From positions 840,587-904,586 of the forward strand of contig BCKQ01000003.1 in the NCBI GenBank assembly GCA_001600695.1: 64,000 nt of DNA, read 5' to 3'. The first letter of the stretch is position 1; every line of letters starts with the position of its first letter. The position numbers were made by a program, and so were the translations under genes. Under the pieces are notes generated by a model. That model was not told where the DNA came from. It did not search any database and was given only the letters and a program-made list of their open reading frames with translations. Of the stretch, positions 46,126-58,479 are shown piece by piece. The DNA is from Ascoidea asiatica JCM 7603 (taxonomy: Eukaryota; Fungi; Ascomycota).

Positions 46126-48765
46126 ATGTCTGATTTTACATATAATTCAACTGATTTACCTGCTCCTTCTCAATTTAAAATTCGTCATAAAAGAAGATTA
46201 ACAGGTTTTTCATTAAATGAAATTAAAGCAATTGAAGCTGAAATACCTGAAAAATCAAGAGAAATTTGGAATAAATTTAAAACAACTGAATTTACTACAA
46301 AAGATGAATTTGAAAAAGATTTTGTTAAACATATTGAAACAACTTTAGCAAGATCAATGTATAATTGTGATGATTTAGCTGCTTATCAAGCTGCTTCAAA
46401 TACTATAAGAGATAAATTAATTATTGAATGGAATAAAACTCAACAATTACAAACTTTAAAAGATCAAAAAAGAATTTATTATTTATCTTTAGAATTCTTA
46501 ATGGGTAGAGCTTTTGATAATGCAATGATTAATTCAAATTCAAGAGATTTAGTTAAAGATTCAGTATCTGAATTAGGTTTTAATCTTGAAGATTTAATTG
46601 ATCAAGAACCTGATGCTGCTCTTGGTAATGGTGGTTTAGGTAGATTAGCTGCTTGTTTCTTAGATTCTTTATCAACTGGTAATTATCCTTCTTGGGGTTA
46701 TGGTTTAAGATATCAATATGGTATATTTGCTCAAAAAATTATTGATGGTTATCAAGTTGAATCTCCTGATTATTGGTTAACTTTTTCAAATCCATGGGAA
46801 ATTCCAAGATTTGAAATTCAAATACCTGTAGATTTTTATGGTTATGTTGATGAAGAAAAAGATAATTTTACAAATAAAGTTAAAAAAATTTGGAAAGGTG
46901 GTGAAAGAGTTATTGCTTGTGCTTATGATTTTCCAATTCCTGGTTATAATACAAAAAATGTTAATAATTTAAGATTATGGTCTGCAAAACCAACAACTGA
47001 ATTTGATTTTTCTAAATTTAATAGTGGTGATTATCAAAATTCTGTTTCTTTACAACAAAGAGCTGAATCTATAACTGCAGTTTTATATCCAAATGATAAT
47101 TTTGATCAAGGTAAAGAATTAAGATTAAAACAACAATATTTTTGGGTTGCAGCTTCTTTACATGATATTGTTAGAAGATTTAAAAAAACTAAAAGATCAT
47201 GGATTGAATTTCCTTTACAAATTGCAATTCAATTAAATGATACTCATCCAACTTTAGCAATTGTTGAATTAATGAGAATTTTAGTTGATTTAGAAAATTT
47301 ATCATGGGATCAATCTTGGGAAATTGTTACAAAAACTTTTGGTTATACAAATCATACTGTAATGCAAGAAGCTTTAGAAAAATGGCCAATTCCATTATTT
47401 GAAAAATTATTACCAAGACATTTAGAAATTATTTATAATATTAATTTTTTTTTCTTAAAAAATATTGAAAAAAAATTTTCAAAAATTTATAAAAAAAATG
47501 AATTAAATTCATTATTATCAAATCTTTCAATTATTGAAGAATCTTTTCCAAGACAAGTTAGAATGGCAAATTTAGCAATTATTGGTTCTCATAAAGTTAA
47601 TGGTGTTGCAGAATTACATTCTGAATTAATTAGAACTACAATTTTTAAAGATTTTGTTAAAGTTCTTGGTATTGATAGATTTACAAATGTTACAAATGGT
47701 ATTACTCCAAGACGTTGGTTAAGAGAAGCAAATCCAGAATTATCTGAATTAATTGCATCAAAATTAGGTGGTTATGAATTTTTAACAAATTTAAATTTAT
47801 TAAAAAATTTAGAAAATTATATTAATAATAAAGAATTTAAATTAAAATGGGATAAAGTTAAATTAGTTAAAAAATATAAATTAACAAAATTAATTTATAA
47901 AACAACAGGTATTGAAATTGATCCAACAAAATATTTATTTGATATTCAAGTTAAAAGAATTCATGAATATAAAAGACAACAATTAAATATATTTGGAGTT
48001 ATTCATAGATATCTTTGGATTAAATCTTTAACAGTTGAAGAAAGAAAATTACAAGTTCAACCAAAAATTCATATATTTGGTGGTAAATCAGCTCCAGGTT
48101 ATTATATGGCAAAATTAATTATAAAATTAATTAATGAAGTTGGTAATGTTATTAATAATGATCCAGAATTAAATGATTATTTAAAATGTATTTTTATACC
48201 AGATTATAATGTTTCAAAAGCAGAAATTATTATTCCAGCTTCAGATATTTCAGAACATATTTCAACTGCAGGTACTGAAGCTTCAGGTACATCAAATATG
48301 AAATTTGTTTTAAATGGTGGATTAATTATTGGTACAGTTGATGGTGCAAATGTTGAAATTACAAGAGAAATTGGAGAAGATCAAATATTTTTATTTGGTA
48401 ATTTAGCTGAAAATGTTGATTCAATTAGAGATACACATAAATATGGTAGTGATTTAAAATTAAGTGATTCATTAAAGAAAGTATTTGATTTAATTGATTC
48501 TGGTAAATTTGGATATTCAGATGAATATAAACCATTATTAGATTCAGTTAGATATCATGGAGATTATTATTTAGTTTCCGATGATTTTGAAAGTTATTTA
48601 CAAGCTCAAGGATTAATTGATGAAGCATATAAAGATCGTGATATGTGGATTACAAAATCTATAATTAGTGTTGCAAATATGGGATTTTTTTCATCAGATA
48701 GATGTATTGAAGAATATGCTGATAATATTTGGGATGTTGAACCACTTGAAAGATCAGATAATTAG
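46126..48765 (+). CDS. GPH1: Glycogen phosphorylase
   Basis: RRLTGF regulatory phosphosite, ALGNGGLGRLAACF, QLNDTHP and the PLP-binding motif EASGTSNMKF. Confidence 0.99.
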   Translation: MSDFTYNSTDLPAPSQFKIRHKRRLTGFSLNEIKAIEAEIPEKSREIWNKFKTTEFTTKDEFEKDFVKHIETTLARSMYNCDDLAAYQAASNTIRDKLIIEWNKTQQLQTLKDQKRIYYLSLEFLMGRAFDNAMINSNSRDLVKDSVSELGFNLEDLIDQEPDAALGNGGLGRLAACFLDSLSTGNYPSWGYGLRYQYGIFAQKIIDGYQVESPDYWLTFSNPWEIPRFEIQIPVDFYGYVDEEKDNFTNKVKKIWKGGERVIACAYDFPIPGYNTKNVNNLRLWSAKPTTEFDFSKFNSGDYQNSVSLQQRAESITAVLYPNDNFDQGKELRLKQQYFWVAASLHDIVRRFKKTKRSWIEFPLQIAIQLNDTHPTLAIVELMRILVDLENLSWDQSWEIVTKTFGYTNHTVMQEALEKWPIPLFEKLLPRHLEIIYNINFFFLKNIEKKFSKIYKKNELNSLLSNLSIIEESFPRQVRMANLAIIGSHKVNGVAELHSELIRTTIFKDFVKVLGIDRFTNVTNGITPRRWLREANPELSELIASKLGGYEFLTNLNLLKNLENYINNKEFKLKWDKVKLVKKYKLTKLIYKTTGIEIDPTKYLFDIQVKRIHEYKRQQLNIFGVIHRYLWIKSLTVEERKLQVQPKIHIFGGKSAPGYYMAKLIIKLINEVGNVINNDPELNDYLKCIFIPDYNVSKAEIIIPASDISEHISTAGTEASGTSNMKFVLNGGLIIGTVDGANVEITREIGEDQIFLFGNLAENVDSIRDTHKYGSDLKLSDSLKKVFDLIDSGKFGYSDEYKPLLDSVRYHGDYYLVSDDFESYLQAQGLIDEAYKDRDMWITKSIISVANMGFFSSDRCIEEYADNIWDVEPLERSDN

Positions 48766-48799
48766 TAGTTTTTATTAAATTTTCTGAATTTCAAAATAT

Positions 48800-48830
<31 letters not shown>

Positions 48831-50563
48831 TTTCTTTATTTCTTTACTTCTTTTTATTTACGTACTTATTAATTGACTTATTAATTTGTTAATTTATATC
48901 TTTTTAACTACTATTTTATTATTTTTTATATATCTAACTAATATACTAAATTTCATTAAATTTCAACAAATCTCCTTATTTTTTCACTAAAATTGAATTA
49001 AAGAGAATTAATAATATGAAGACAAAGTCAAATTACACTATTTTATTGAAAGTTAATAATATTACGATCAAACACCATTTTTTCACATAACTTCCATAAT
49101 TATTTATTAAATTCGAATTTCATTTGATTCAATTTCGTTTAATTTGAGATATACCTGGAAAGCATTTTGAAAAATTCTTGATTGTTTTGGATTCATTTCT
49201 TTTACGAATATAATTGTAATCATATTTTATAGTTTTTAAATAATAATATTTCCAATCAATTTCAATTGAAATCCATTGCTTTGAAATGGTTTCAATTGAT
49301 TTCAAATGATTTTCAATGAATTCCAATGAATTCCAATCATTTTTAACCAATTTTTAGCCAGTTTTTAGCCAGTTTCAATTGTTTCTGCTGAAAAAACAGA
49401 GACCAGTTCTATGGGACGAGCGTATCTGCTGCACATACAAAAACATTAAGCTTCAACACACAGGAACTGGCAACGAACCGAGGATTCTAAGCATATATAT
49501 ACAGACGTAGTGCGTTGAAACACAGCCTCCTGCGTGGAATTATGTCATTTTTTTCTTCTGGAAGGAACTGCCGCAATCAACGCAACCCGTCTTATTGGTT
49601 CTGCGCGCGTGGTCCTTATTCATGGATAATGGAGTGATTTTAGCAATTTTGAAGGAAACACCAGGCTAGAAGTGGCTAATAAGAGGATAATGCATGGCTA
49701 GAGAGTGGCGCATAATGGTAAATGACCCCCAAAAGCACGCCTCTGCGGCCAGAACAAACTCGTCACCGCCAAAGAAACCTCAGTGTGCATCGGCTTGAGC
49801 CTACTTGAGCTGTGGGCAAAAACTTCTTTGGAACTGAGTTGATTACGAACGAAAACAATCAAACGATAAAAAAGAAGAAAATAATAATAAAATAATCAAA
49901 TATACAAACATAATGCAATAAAAGAATGTATAAATATTAAAATATTTACAAAATAATAGTAAAATATTTAATAATATCAAATAATATTATCAAGAAGACT
50001 CTTCAAATTCATTCTAAAGGTTCTTTTTCACGTTCTTTCCACATTATTTTCATATTATTTCCATATTATTTCCATATTCTTTTACAGTAAAGGTTCTTCA
50101 AAGCTTCTTTAAAGCTTCTTTGTCTTAATTCCTTCTTCGCATTTCACTGCTGAGAAGAATTATTTATTCATTTCATTCCAGAACTTCAAATTAATGAACA
50201 ATATCTCATATATTTTCAATTCAATCATCTTTCATTAAATAATATTCATTAAGTTATAAAAATTTTATAACTTATCATCATCTATTCCCAGTATAACAAG
50301 TATAACAAGTATAACAAGTATCAAAAATACTAAAAGTACAAGTTCTATTTAATACAACTTATTTCTCCCTGTTTTTTTTAATTCTTTCTCTTCGTTCTTT
50401 TCTTTTATTCTCTTATTTATCTATTTTCTCTCTTCTCTCTCTTTTTTATCTTTTTTCTCTTTTCTCTTTTCTTTTTTTAATTGTAATCTCAAATTCAAAG
50501 TCAAAATAAAATTCAAATTCAATATATTATTCTATTTGTTGTATTATATGTAATATAAACTAT

Positions 50564-52567
50564 ATGAATATGTTTTCAGGAATTTCAAACAATTATCAAA
50601 TAACTAATACAAATAATAATAATAATAATAATAATACAATCAATAATTCAATCAATAACAATAACATAAACAATAATGATCCTTTAGTTCCAACTTTAGA
50701 AGAACTTATAAATTGTTCTTATATACTTGATGGTTTATCTGATAATGATCTTTTAAAAATTAATAAAAATTTCTCTTTTGAAGATTTAGAATTCTATAAA
50801 TCAACTAATAATTCAAACTCAAATTCAAATGATTTTAATAAATCTTTATATAATCAATTTTCAAATTTAATATCAAATGAATTCTCTTCTAATTTTCAAC
50901 TAAAACTTTTAAATAATACTAATAATAATAATACCAAAAATTTGAATAATAATGATAATAATAATAATGATAATAATAATAATTATAATAATAATAATAA
51001 TAATATAGATTTAGATCCATTATCTCCATTATCATCAAATCAAATTCAACTCTCAAGTATTAATACAAATCACAATAATAATAATAATAATAATAAATAT
51101 CAATATAATAAAGAAAAAATAAAAAATTTAATAAATATAACTAAACAATTCAAATTAAATTTAATTAAAAGTTTAACAATTGAAAATTTAAATTTTTTAA
51201 TTGAAATTTATAATTATCAAAAAATTTGGAATTTTATTTTCATAAATAGAAGATATTCAATTTTAAAATGTAAAACAACAATTAGTTATAAATCAAAAAG
51301 ATTAAGTTCAATTGATTATTCTTTTTTAAATAAAAGAAAAAATTCATTATCATTAATCAATAATAATAATAATAATAATAGTAATAATTATTCAATAAAT
51401 TTAAGAAATAATTCAATCACTTCAAATAACTCAAATGTTTCAAATAATTCAAATAACTCAAATAATTCAATCTCAAGTAAATTTTATGATTATAATAATT
51501 CAAAAATTAAAGATCAAAAAACTTTAGAAATATTTAAATTAGAATTAAAAAAAAGATGGTCTGATATTATAAATTTTTATATCTCAAATAATTCTTATAA
51601 TCAAATTAATTTACCAATTGAAATTTATAAAAATATTATGGATGAAAATAATAATAATGATATTCTTTATCATTCTCCTTTATTTTTATTACAATCTAAA
51701 GATTCAATCTTACAATTATTAAGAGAAAATGTTTATGATTCTTTTATCTTTAATCTAAATTTAAATTTATCTCCAATTTCTTCTCAATCTGATAATTCAA
51801 AAGATATTAATAATAATCTCAAAGACTTCAATCATAATAATAATAATAGTAATAGTAATGGTAATAGTAATAGTAACAATAATAATATAAATTCAATTAC
51901 TAATGATATTAGAAATTCAGTTATAAATGATAATATTCCATTTTTAGTAGATAATTCAAATTCAAATAACTCTCAAAATTCAAACTCAATTATAAATTCA
52001 AATTCAATTACAAACTCAAATTCAAATAATTCTCAAAATTCCAATTTCAAATTAAATTCAAATTCAAGATCAAACACAATGCCCATTTCAAAATCTATTC
52101 AGTTATCTGATAAAGATCCATTTAAAAATAAATCAAGACCAAAATCTTTTTTATCAAAATATACTTTAAGTTATAATGGAAATAATCATAAACATACAAA
52201 TTCAAATTCAAATTCAGAAATCCAAACAACTGAAAAAAAATTAAAAAGTCATACTCATAATCACAATCATAGTCATTCTCATAAACATAAACGTAATCAT
52301 AATCATAATCATAATCATGATAACAATGATAATAATATCAACACTAATATCACTAATAATAGTGATAATGACAATAATAGCAGAAATTCAAAAGTAAATA
52401 TTTCATTAGATGAAGGCCATCAACGTTATCCATTAAATATACCAAGGGGTCCTTGTGGTATGGTTTTTGATGAAAACGTTTACAATCCAAAACCTCCTTT
52501 AACAAAAAGACCAACAAGTAAATGGGGCTCAATAATTGGAAAATTCAAAAAACTGTCAGATGAATGA
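50564..52567 (+). CDS. RGS-domain protein (Rgs2-like) with Asn-rich insertions
   Basis: VPTLEELI; split RGS helices ENLNFLIEIYNY, WSDIINFYISNNSYNQINLP and SKDSILQLLRENVYDSFI. There are no TM segments, so it is not Rax1. Confidence 0.7.
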   Translation: MNMFSGISNNYQITNTNNNNNNNNTINNSINNNNINNNDPLVPTLEELINCSYILDGLSDNDLLKINKNFSFEDLEFYKSTNNSNSNSNDFNKSLYNQFSNLISNEFSSNFQLKLLNNTNNNNTKNLNNNDNNNNDNNNNYNNNNNNIDLDPLSPLSSNQIQLSSINTNHNNNNNNNKYQYNKEKIKNLINITKQFKLNLIKSLTIENLNFLIEIYNYQKIWNFIFINRRYSILKCKTTISYKSKRLSSIDYSFLNKRKNSLSLINNNNNNNSNNYSINLRNNSITSNNSNVSNNSNNSNNSISSKFYDYNNSKIKDQKTLEIFKLELKKRWSDIINFYISNNSYNQINLPIEIYKNIMDENNNNDILYHSPLFLLQSKDSILQLLRENVYDSFIFNLNLNLSPISSQSDNSKDINNNLKDFNHNNNNSNSNGNSNSNNNNINSITNDIRNSVINDNIPFLVDNSNSNNSQNSNSIINSNSITNSNSNNSQNSNFKLNSNSRSNTMPISKSIQLSDKDPFKNKSRPKSFLSKYTLSYNGNNHKHTNSNSNSEIQTTEKKLKSHTHNHNHSHSHKHKRNHNHNHNHDNNDNNINTNITNNSDNDNNSRNSKVNISLDEGHQRYPLNIPRGPCGMVFDENVYNPKPPLTKRPTSKWGSIIGKFKKLSDE

Positions 52568-52848
52568 CAATCAACTTTTTTTTATAAAACTACAGATTTT
52601 TATATATTTTCATTTTTATAGCATTAAAAAGACTCTTCAATTCTACTAATATATAATTTCATAAATTTTTTTACGAATAATTAAAAAATGTCATTAAAAA
52701 TCTATTTAAACCACATATCATAAACATAAAACAAAAGATCGATTGAAGAAAAATAAAAAAAATTAAGAACATTAACCAAAGAATAAAAAGATAAAATAAA
52801 TTAAAACGTTCAATACCATTGAAATTAGAATTCCAAAAAAATTCATTT

Positions 52849-55800
52849 TCAGCTTTCCTCATACATAGGAGGAAGTTCAGAAACAATAGATGAAGCATTG
52901 TTTTCATAAACATCCTCTCCTAAAACTTCTCCAATAGTTGAATATGTTGGACCAGTAAATCCTGATCTATGAGCTGTATCATTAGACATAGCTCTTGATA
53001 ATGATAAAGGATCTATATTGCAATCATCATAAGTCGTTGTAGATTGAGGTTTTGGTGAACTATTTAAAAGAGGAAATGATGGAAAACTTTCATCCATACG
53101 ACTATTAAAACCCATAGGAGAAAATGTAGGAGAATATACAGGAGAAGCTAAAGGACTTGAATAACTAAGTCTTGTTTCCAGTCTTTCTAAAGTGTATTCT
53201 GGTTGTTGAAGAGCTTCTTCAAAAGAAGGTAAACAATCATCATCAAGATCTTCATCAAATTTTGCTAAAACTGTATTTTCATCAGTAGGGGTTTCAATAT
53301 ATGGAGGTAAGTTTATATGTTCTGGTTTACATAAACTTGATAAGAAAACTATAGGAGTATCAATCATAACCTCAAAATGATGATATTTTTCATCAGTTGG
53401 ATTATTTTTTTTTGAAATTCTAAAACATATTTGAACTCTATGTGCAATATTAATGAAATCAAAATTAGAACTATCAGGAAAAAGTTTTAATTGACGAACA
53501 TCTAATTCATTTCCTTGAGGTTGAGATAGAGATAAACGTTCCACTTTGAAATTTTTACCACCTGCTTTAATTATAGTTTGTCTACTTGAATCTATATTAG
53601 AAGTAGAAACAGGTTCTCTTTCTGCACTTCTGAAAAGCAATGGAGTTTCAATAACAATAGGAGAAGTTATTGCAATTTCTTTATCATCATCCTTTTTTAA
53701 AGAATTTTTATTTTCTGGTAAAGAATTGAAACAAAAAGTTAATAAATTATCTTTATGAGTATTTTTTACAATTTCTTCTCTTACAGCTTTTGAACCTTTT
53801 GATTTTGTTCTAATTTCAACTAAAGGTATTGTTCTTTCTTTTATAAAATTTTCAGAAGTTGTTTTACTTACTAAAACAATTTTTTCTAAAACATTTATTT
53901 TTATTCTTTTTATACATATATCTTTAATTGATGGAACTAATTTAATTTTCATTGGAATTTCTGAATTTAAAGGTATATATTTTTGAGGAAAAGAAATTTC
54001 ATAACCTAAAGAATCATTCCAAATTCTATTAACATAAATTGGTTTATTAGCAGTTGAAAGAAATGAATCAGGTGGTGATCTAATTATTGGTAAATTAAAA
54101 GATCTTTGAATTAATTCATCTTTAAAATTTAAATTTTTTGAATCTTGATGATCAGGAGAATCAGTTAATTTTGTAAAATTTTTTAAGAAACCTAATTTTG
54201 ACATAAAATTACCTTTTGTTGGAACAAGATTATTTAAATTTAAATTAAATGAATAATTTAATAAACCCTTTGGAGCTATAATAGTTTCAGGTAAATCAGG
54301 TTGAAATACACAAGGTAATATAAAAATATAATCACCTGGAGGATAATAAAAATATTGATCAGAAATTTCATCAGATTTTGAATCTTTTAAATTTTTAGAA
54401 TTTGATTTTGAATCAAAAGATAAAGTATGAAATAAATGATTTTGATCTTCATGAAAATTTTTTCTTATTGATTTAAAAGTATGAGAATTTTTATCATCTA
54501 AATCTAGACTTTTAACTCTTTTTAATTCCATACTTTTTTTATTTTTTATTAATCTTTTTTTATTTTCATCATTTAATAAATAATCATTATTAATTACATC
54601 ATCAATTGAAAATAAAGAGAAATTTTGTAAATTTTGTTCAGATTTTGAACCTATAATTATTTTTTTAGATAAAGGAAATGAGGAATTATTTGAATTATTG
54701 GAATCATTTTCAAAATCAATTTCATTATTTAAAGAAAGATTTGTATTACTTTTATTATTTTTAAATTGATTTAAACAATTTAAAGAATCAGAATCAGTTG
54801 GAATATAATAATTAAAATCTTTTAAAAGGTTTAAATTCCAATCTTTTCTACCAATTAAAAATCTTTCATTAAAATTCATATAACCATCAAATAATTCTTT
54901 ATATTTTGAATAATTATAAGAATTATTTGTTTCAACAGTTGAACCTCTTGCCCATAAAATTTCACAAATTAAATCTAAAGAAATATTAAAATTATTTAAA
55001 TCAACAGTAGTTGCAGTTGAATTTTGTTTTAAATTAAATGGAGTAGAATTTGAATTTGAATTTGAATTTGAATTTGAATTTGAATTTGAATTTGAATTTG
55101 ATGATGAAGATGTAAAAGAGAAAGAAGAATTTGAAGAATTTATTGGAGATGAATTATCAAGGGTCATTTTTTTTTTTAATTTTGGTAAATTATGAGAAGC
55201 ATGAACAGAAGGTTGTAAAATTGGAGAATTTACTGAACTTTGATGATGGTGATGATTATTATTGTTATTGTTATTAGTTGAAGATGAATTATAATTATTA
55301 ATATTAGTATTATTATTAGTATTTATACTTGTTGAATCAGAATCTAAAGAAGAATCATTATTTATATCATTAATATTTTTAGATATATTATTTTGATTTA
55401 AATTTGAATCATTTAAAGATATTGGAGAGTTATTATCATTAATAATTTTTGGAATTGAAATAACTATGGCAAAAGTATGTAAAGTTGAATCTGGATCTAA
55501 ATTATTTTGTAAATTATTATTATTAGTATTATTATTAGTATTATTATTAGTATTATTATTATTATTTTCATGATTATTATGATTATGAGTTGATTCATAT
55601 AAATTTTCATCATCATTATCATTATTATTAAAATCATTAAATAAATTTGCAACATGAGTTCTACGATTTGAATTAATATTATGAATATTTGAAGAATGAT
55701 TATTATTATTTGAATTAATATAAGAAGGATTTTGAATATAAATTTTATCATTTGAATTTAAAATTGAAATTTTTAAATTATCATTTAAATATTGACTAAA

Positions 55801-56843
55801 ATCATTGTTATTGTTGTTATTGTTGTTATTGTTGTTATTTATGGTATTATTTATATTGGCGCTTATATTTGTGTTTATATTATTATTATTATTATTATTA
55901 TTATTTGAAGATGTATTGGATATATTATTTGAATTATTTTGAGTAATATTATTATTTGAAATAGTATGTTTTAAAAGATATTGATGATTTTTTTGATATA
56001 ATTTATTATTAATTGAATTTTGAAAATGATTTGAATTTGAATTAACAATAATTGTTGAATTTATTGGAGAAGTTGTAGTTGTAGTTGTAGTTAAATTTGA
56101 ATTTGAAATTAAAATATTTGAAGAAATTGAATTATTTGAAGATACTGGAGATAATAATTTTAAAGAATTTAAGAAATTGAAATTATTTTTAAAAGAATTT
56201 GAAATATGAGATGAATTACTTAAAGTTTTTTTTAATGGAGATAAATCTTGTAAAGAATTTTCAATACTATTATTATTATTATAATCTTCATTATCTTCAT
56301 TTGTATTAGTGGTAGAAGTGGTTGGAGAAGAAGTTTTATTTATGAATTTAGATTGATTAAATTGATATAAATTTAAATTGATTAAGAATTTAATTGAATT
56401 TAAATTTGATAAATTAAAACCAAATTTTAATTTTAATATTTTTTTTAAATATTCAATATTATTCAAATTACTTGTTAAATTTTCAAGATTTGTTAATTCA
56501 TTATCTTTAAATTTATCAAATTTTAAAGGATTTTTAAATTTTAATTTATTATTAATTGAATTATTAATTGAATTATTAATTGAATTATTAATTGAATTAT
56601 TATTTAAATTTTCAGATATTGAAATATCTTTAATTGAATTCATTTTTGTTAAATTTGATTGATTTTGAAATTGATTTGTATTTATATTTGAATTTGAATT
56701 GGAGATTGAATTAGAATTTGAATGAGAATGAGAATGAGAATGAGAATGAGAATGAGAATTGAAACGATGAAGATGTAAAGAAGAAGTTAAAGAAGATCTT
56801 CTTTTAGATAAAGAAGGATCCGAATTATTATGTATATTATTTG

Positions 56844-56895
<52 letters not shown>

Positions 56896-57027
56896 TGTAG
56901 TTGTAGAATTAGAATTAGAATTAGAAACAGGAGTTAAAATTGAATTTATTGGAGAAGTTGAAGCAGAACTTGATTTTCTAGTTCTATTATTGGAATTAGA
57001 TCCTGAAAAATGAGTAAAAAGAGGCAT
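52849..57027 (-). CDS. Alpha-arrestin Rsp5 adaptor of the Csr2/Ecm21 (Art8/Art2) family
   Basis: PGDYIFILP, PDLPETI, NKPIYVNRIWNDSL.YEISFPQKYIPL and HHFEVMIDTPI; C-terminal PY-type motifs LPPY, LPSF and PPMY. Confidence 0.9.
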
Positions 57028-58479
57028 TAATAATGCAATATTTAAATTATCTTTTAATTTTTAATATTTTTTATATTTGAATTATATATTGATATTGATA
57101 TTGATATTGATATTGGTGATGTTCGAATTACAGTATATTGAAAAAGTAGATAGCAAAGAGTCGATTTGAATCCTAGATTTAATATTTTGGAATGTATTCT
57201 AATTAATATTTTATTATTTTGATGTATTGGATTATATTCTTTTATTCAAAAGTATGATGATGATGATATATTATTTGATGTTTATTATCTATTACTATCA
57301 TTATCATTATCATTATCATTATCATTATCATTATCTTTATCGTATTGCCTTATTACTATTACTACTATTATCAAGTATCCTGATCTGGTTAATCTAATCT
57401 TTCTTAATTTTTCCTTGATCTTTCTTTGTCTGCTGTCTGATCACTGCCTTTTCTTACCAATTGGCTGTATTCTGGTCTATTGTTCCCCGGGCGGTGGCAA
57501 GTGTCCCGTTTAGCCAGGGCGGCTCCATCCCTTCAGCTGCGTGCGGGTCTCCCCGTCTGGCCCCATGCTCCTTCTCCTGCGGGTCGACTGCACGGGTGTG
57601 CAGTCGTGCAGTCGTGCAGTAATAAACTGATCATGTGGCTGAGACAACTCGCAATTCCACAGATTCACAAGCAGCAGAACCAGCAGCAGAACCATCTTCT
57701 TTTAATTCTTCATTATCTTCATTATCATCAGCAAAAAGATCACATAATTTTATACTTTTTAATAACATATTCTTATTCTTATTCTTATTATTCTTATTAT
57801 TCTTATTATTCTTATTATTATTATTTTTATTAATATTATATCTTTTAGTAGCCATTATTCTTATCTTTATCTATTTTATTTCCATATATTTTATCTTTAT
57901 CTATTTTATATTATTTGTTTTTTTTAGCATATATCAATTTCAATTTCAATTTCAATTTCAATTACAAATACAAATACAATTTCAATTACAAATACTTTTG
58001 TAATACTCTTTTGTGGTTGTCGGGTATAGCTTAAACCAATTTATTAACTTAACCTATATCCGATTACCATCTGGGTGGATTCAATAACATTTTAAATTTT
58101 AGATCCAATTTTAGAGTCAGATTTGAATTTCTATTTTTTGCCCAAGAAAATTCTATTTTAAGCCGTGTTTGAATACATCGGTAAGTCGCAAACTGCATAA
58201 TCTGGGGATTATTTTACATTATACTGTTTCTTTAGGGAATTTTGTTATTATATTACATAGTATCTATAATGTAAAATTATTATGAATGTGGAAATAAGTT
58301 TCATTAAAAACAGGGTTATAACGTGACTACCTTTATATTTGAATTTTAAAAATCAAATATAAAGGTGATTTTCATTTTTTTGATAAATCAATATTGAATT
58401 AAATAAGAAAGAGAAAAGAATAAAGGAAGACAAGAGATAGATTATAGATTATAAATTATAGATTATTAATTATTTTCTA

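Noticed and set aside
57635-58003. 122-aa hydrophobic ORF
   Set aside because: GTG start with no in-frame ATG; the hydrophobicity comes from TTATTC and CAATTT microsatellites.
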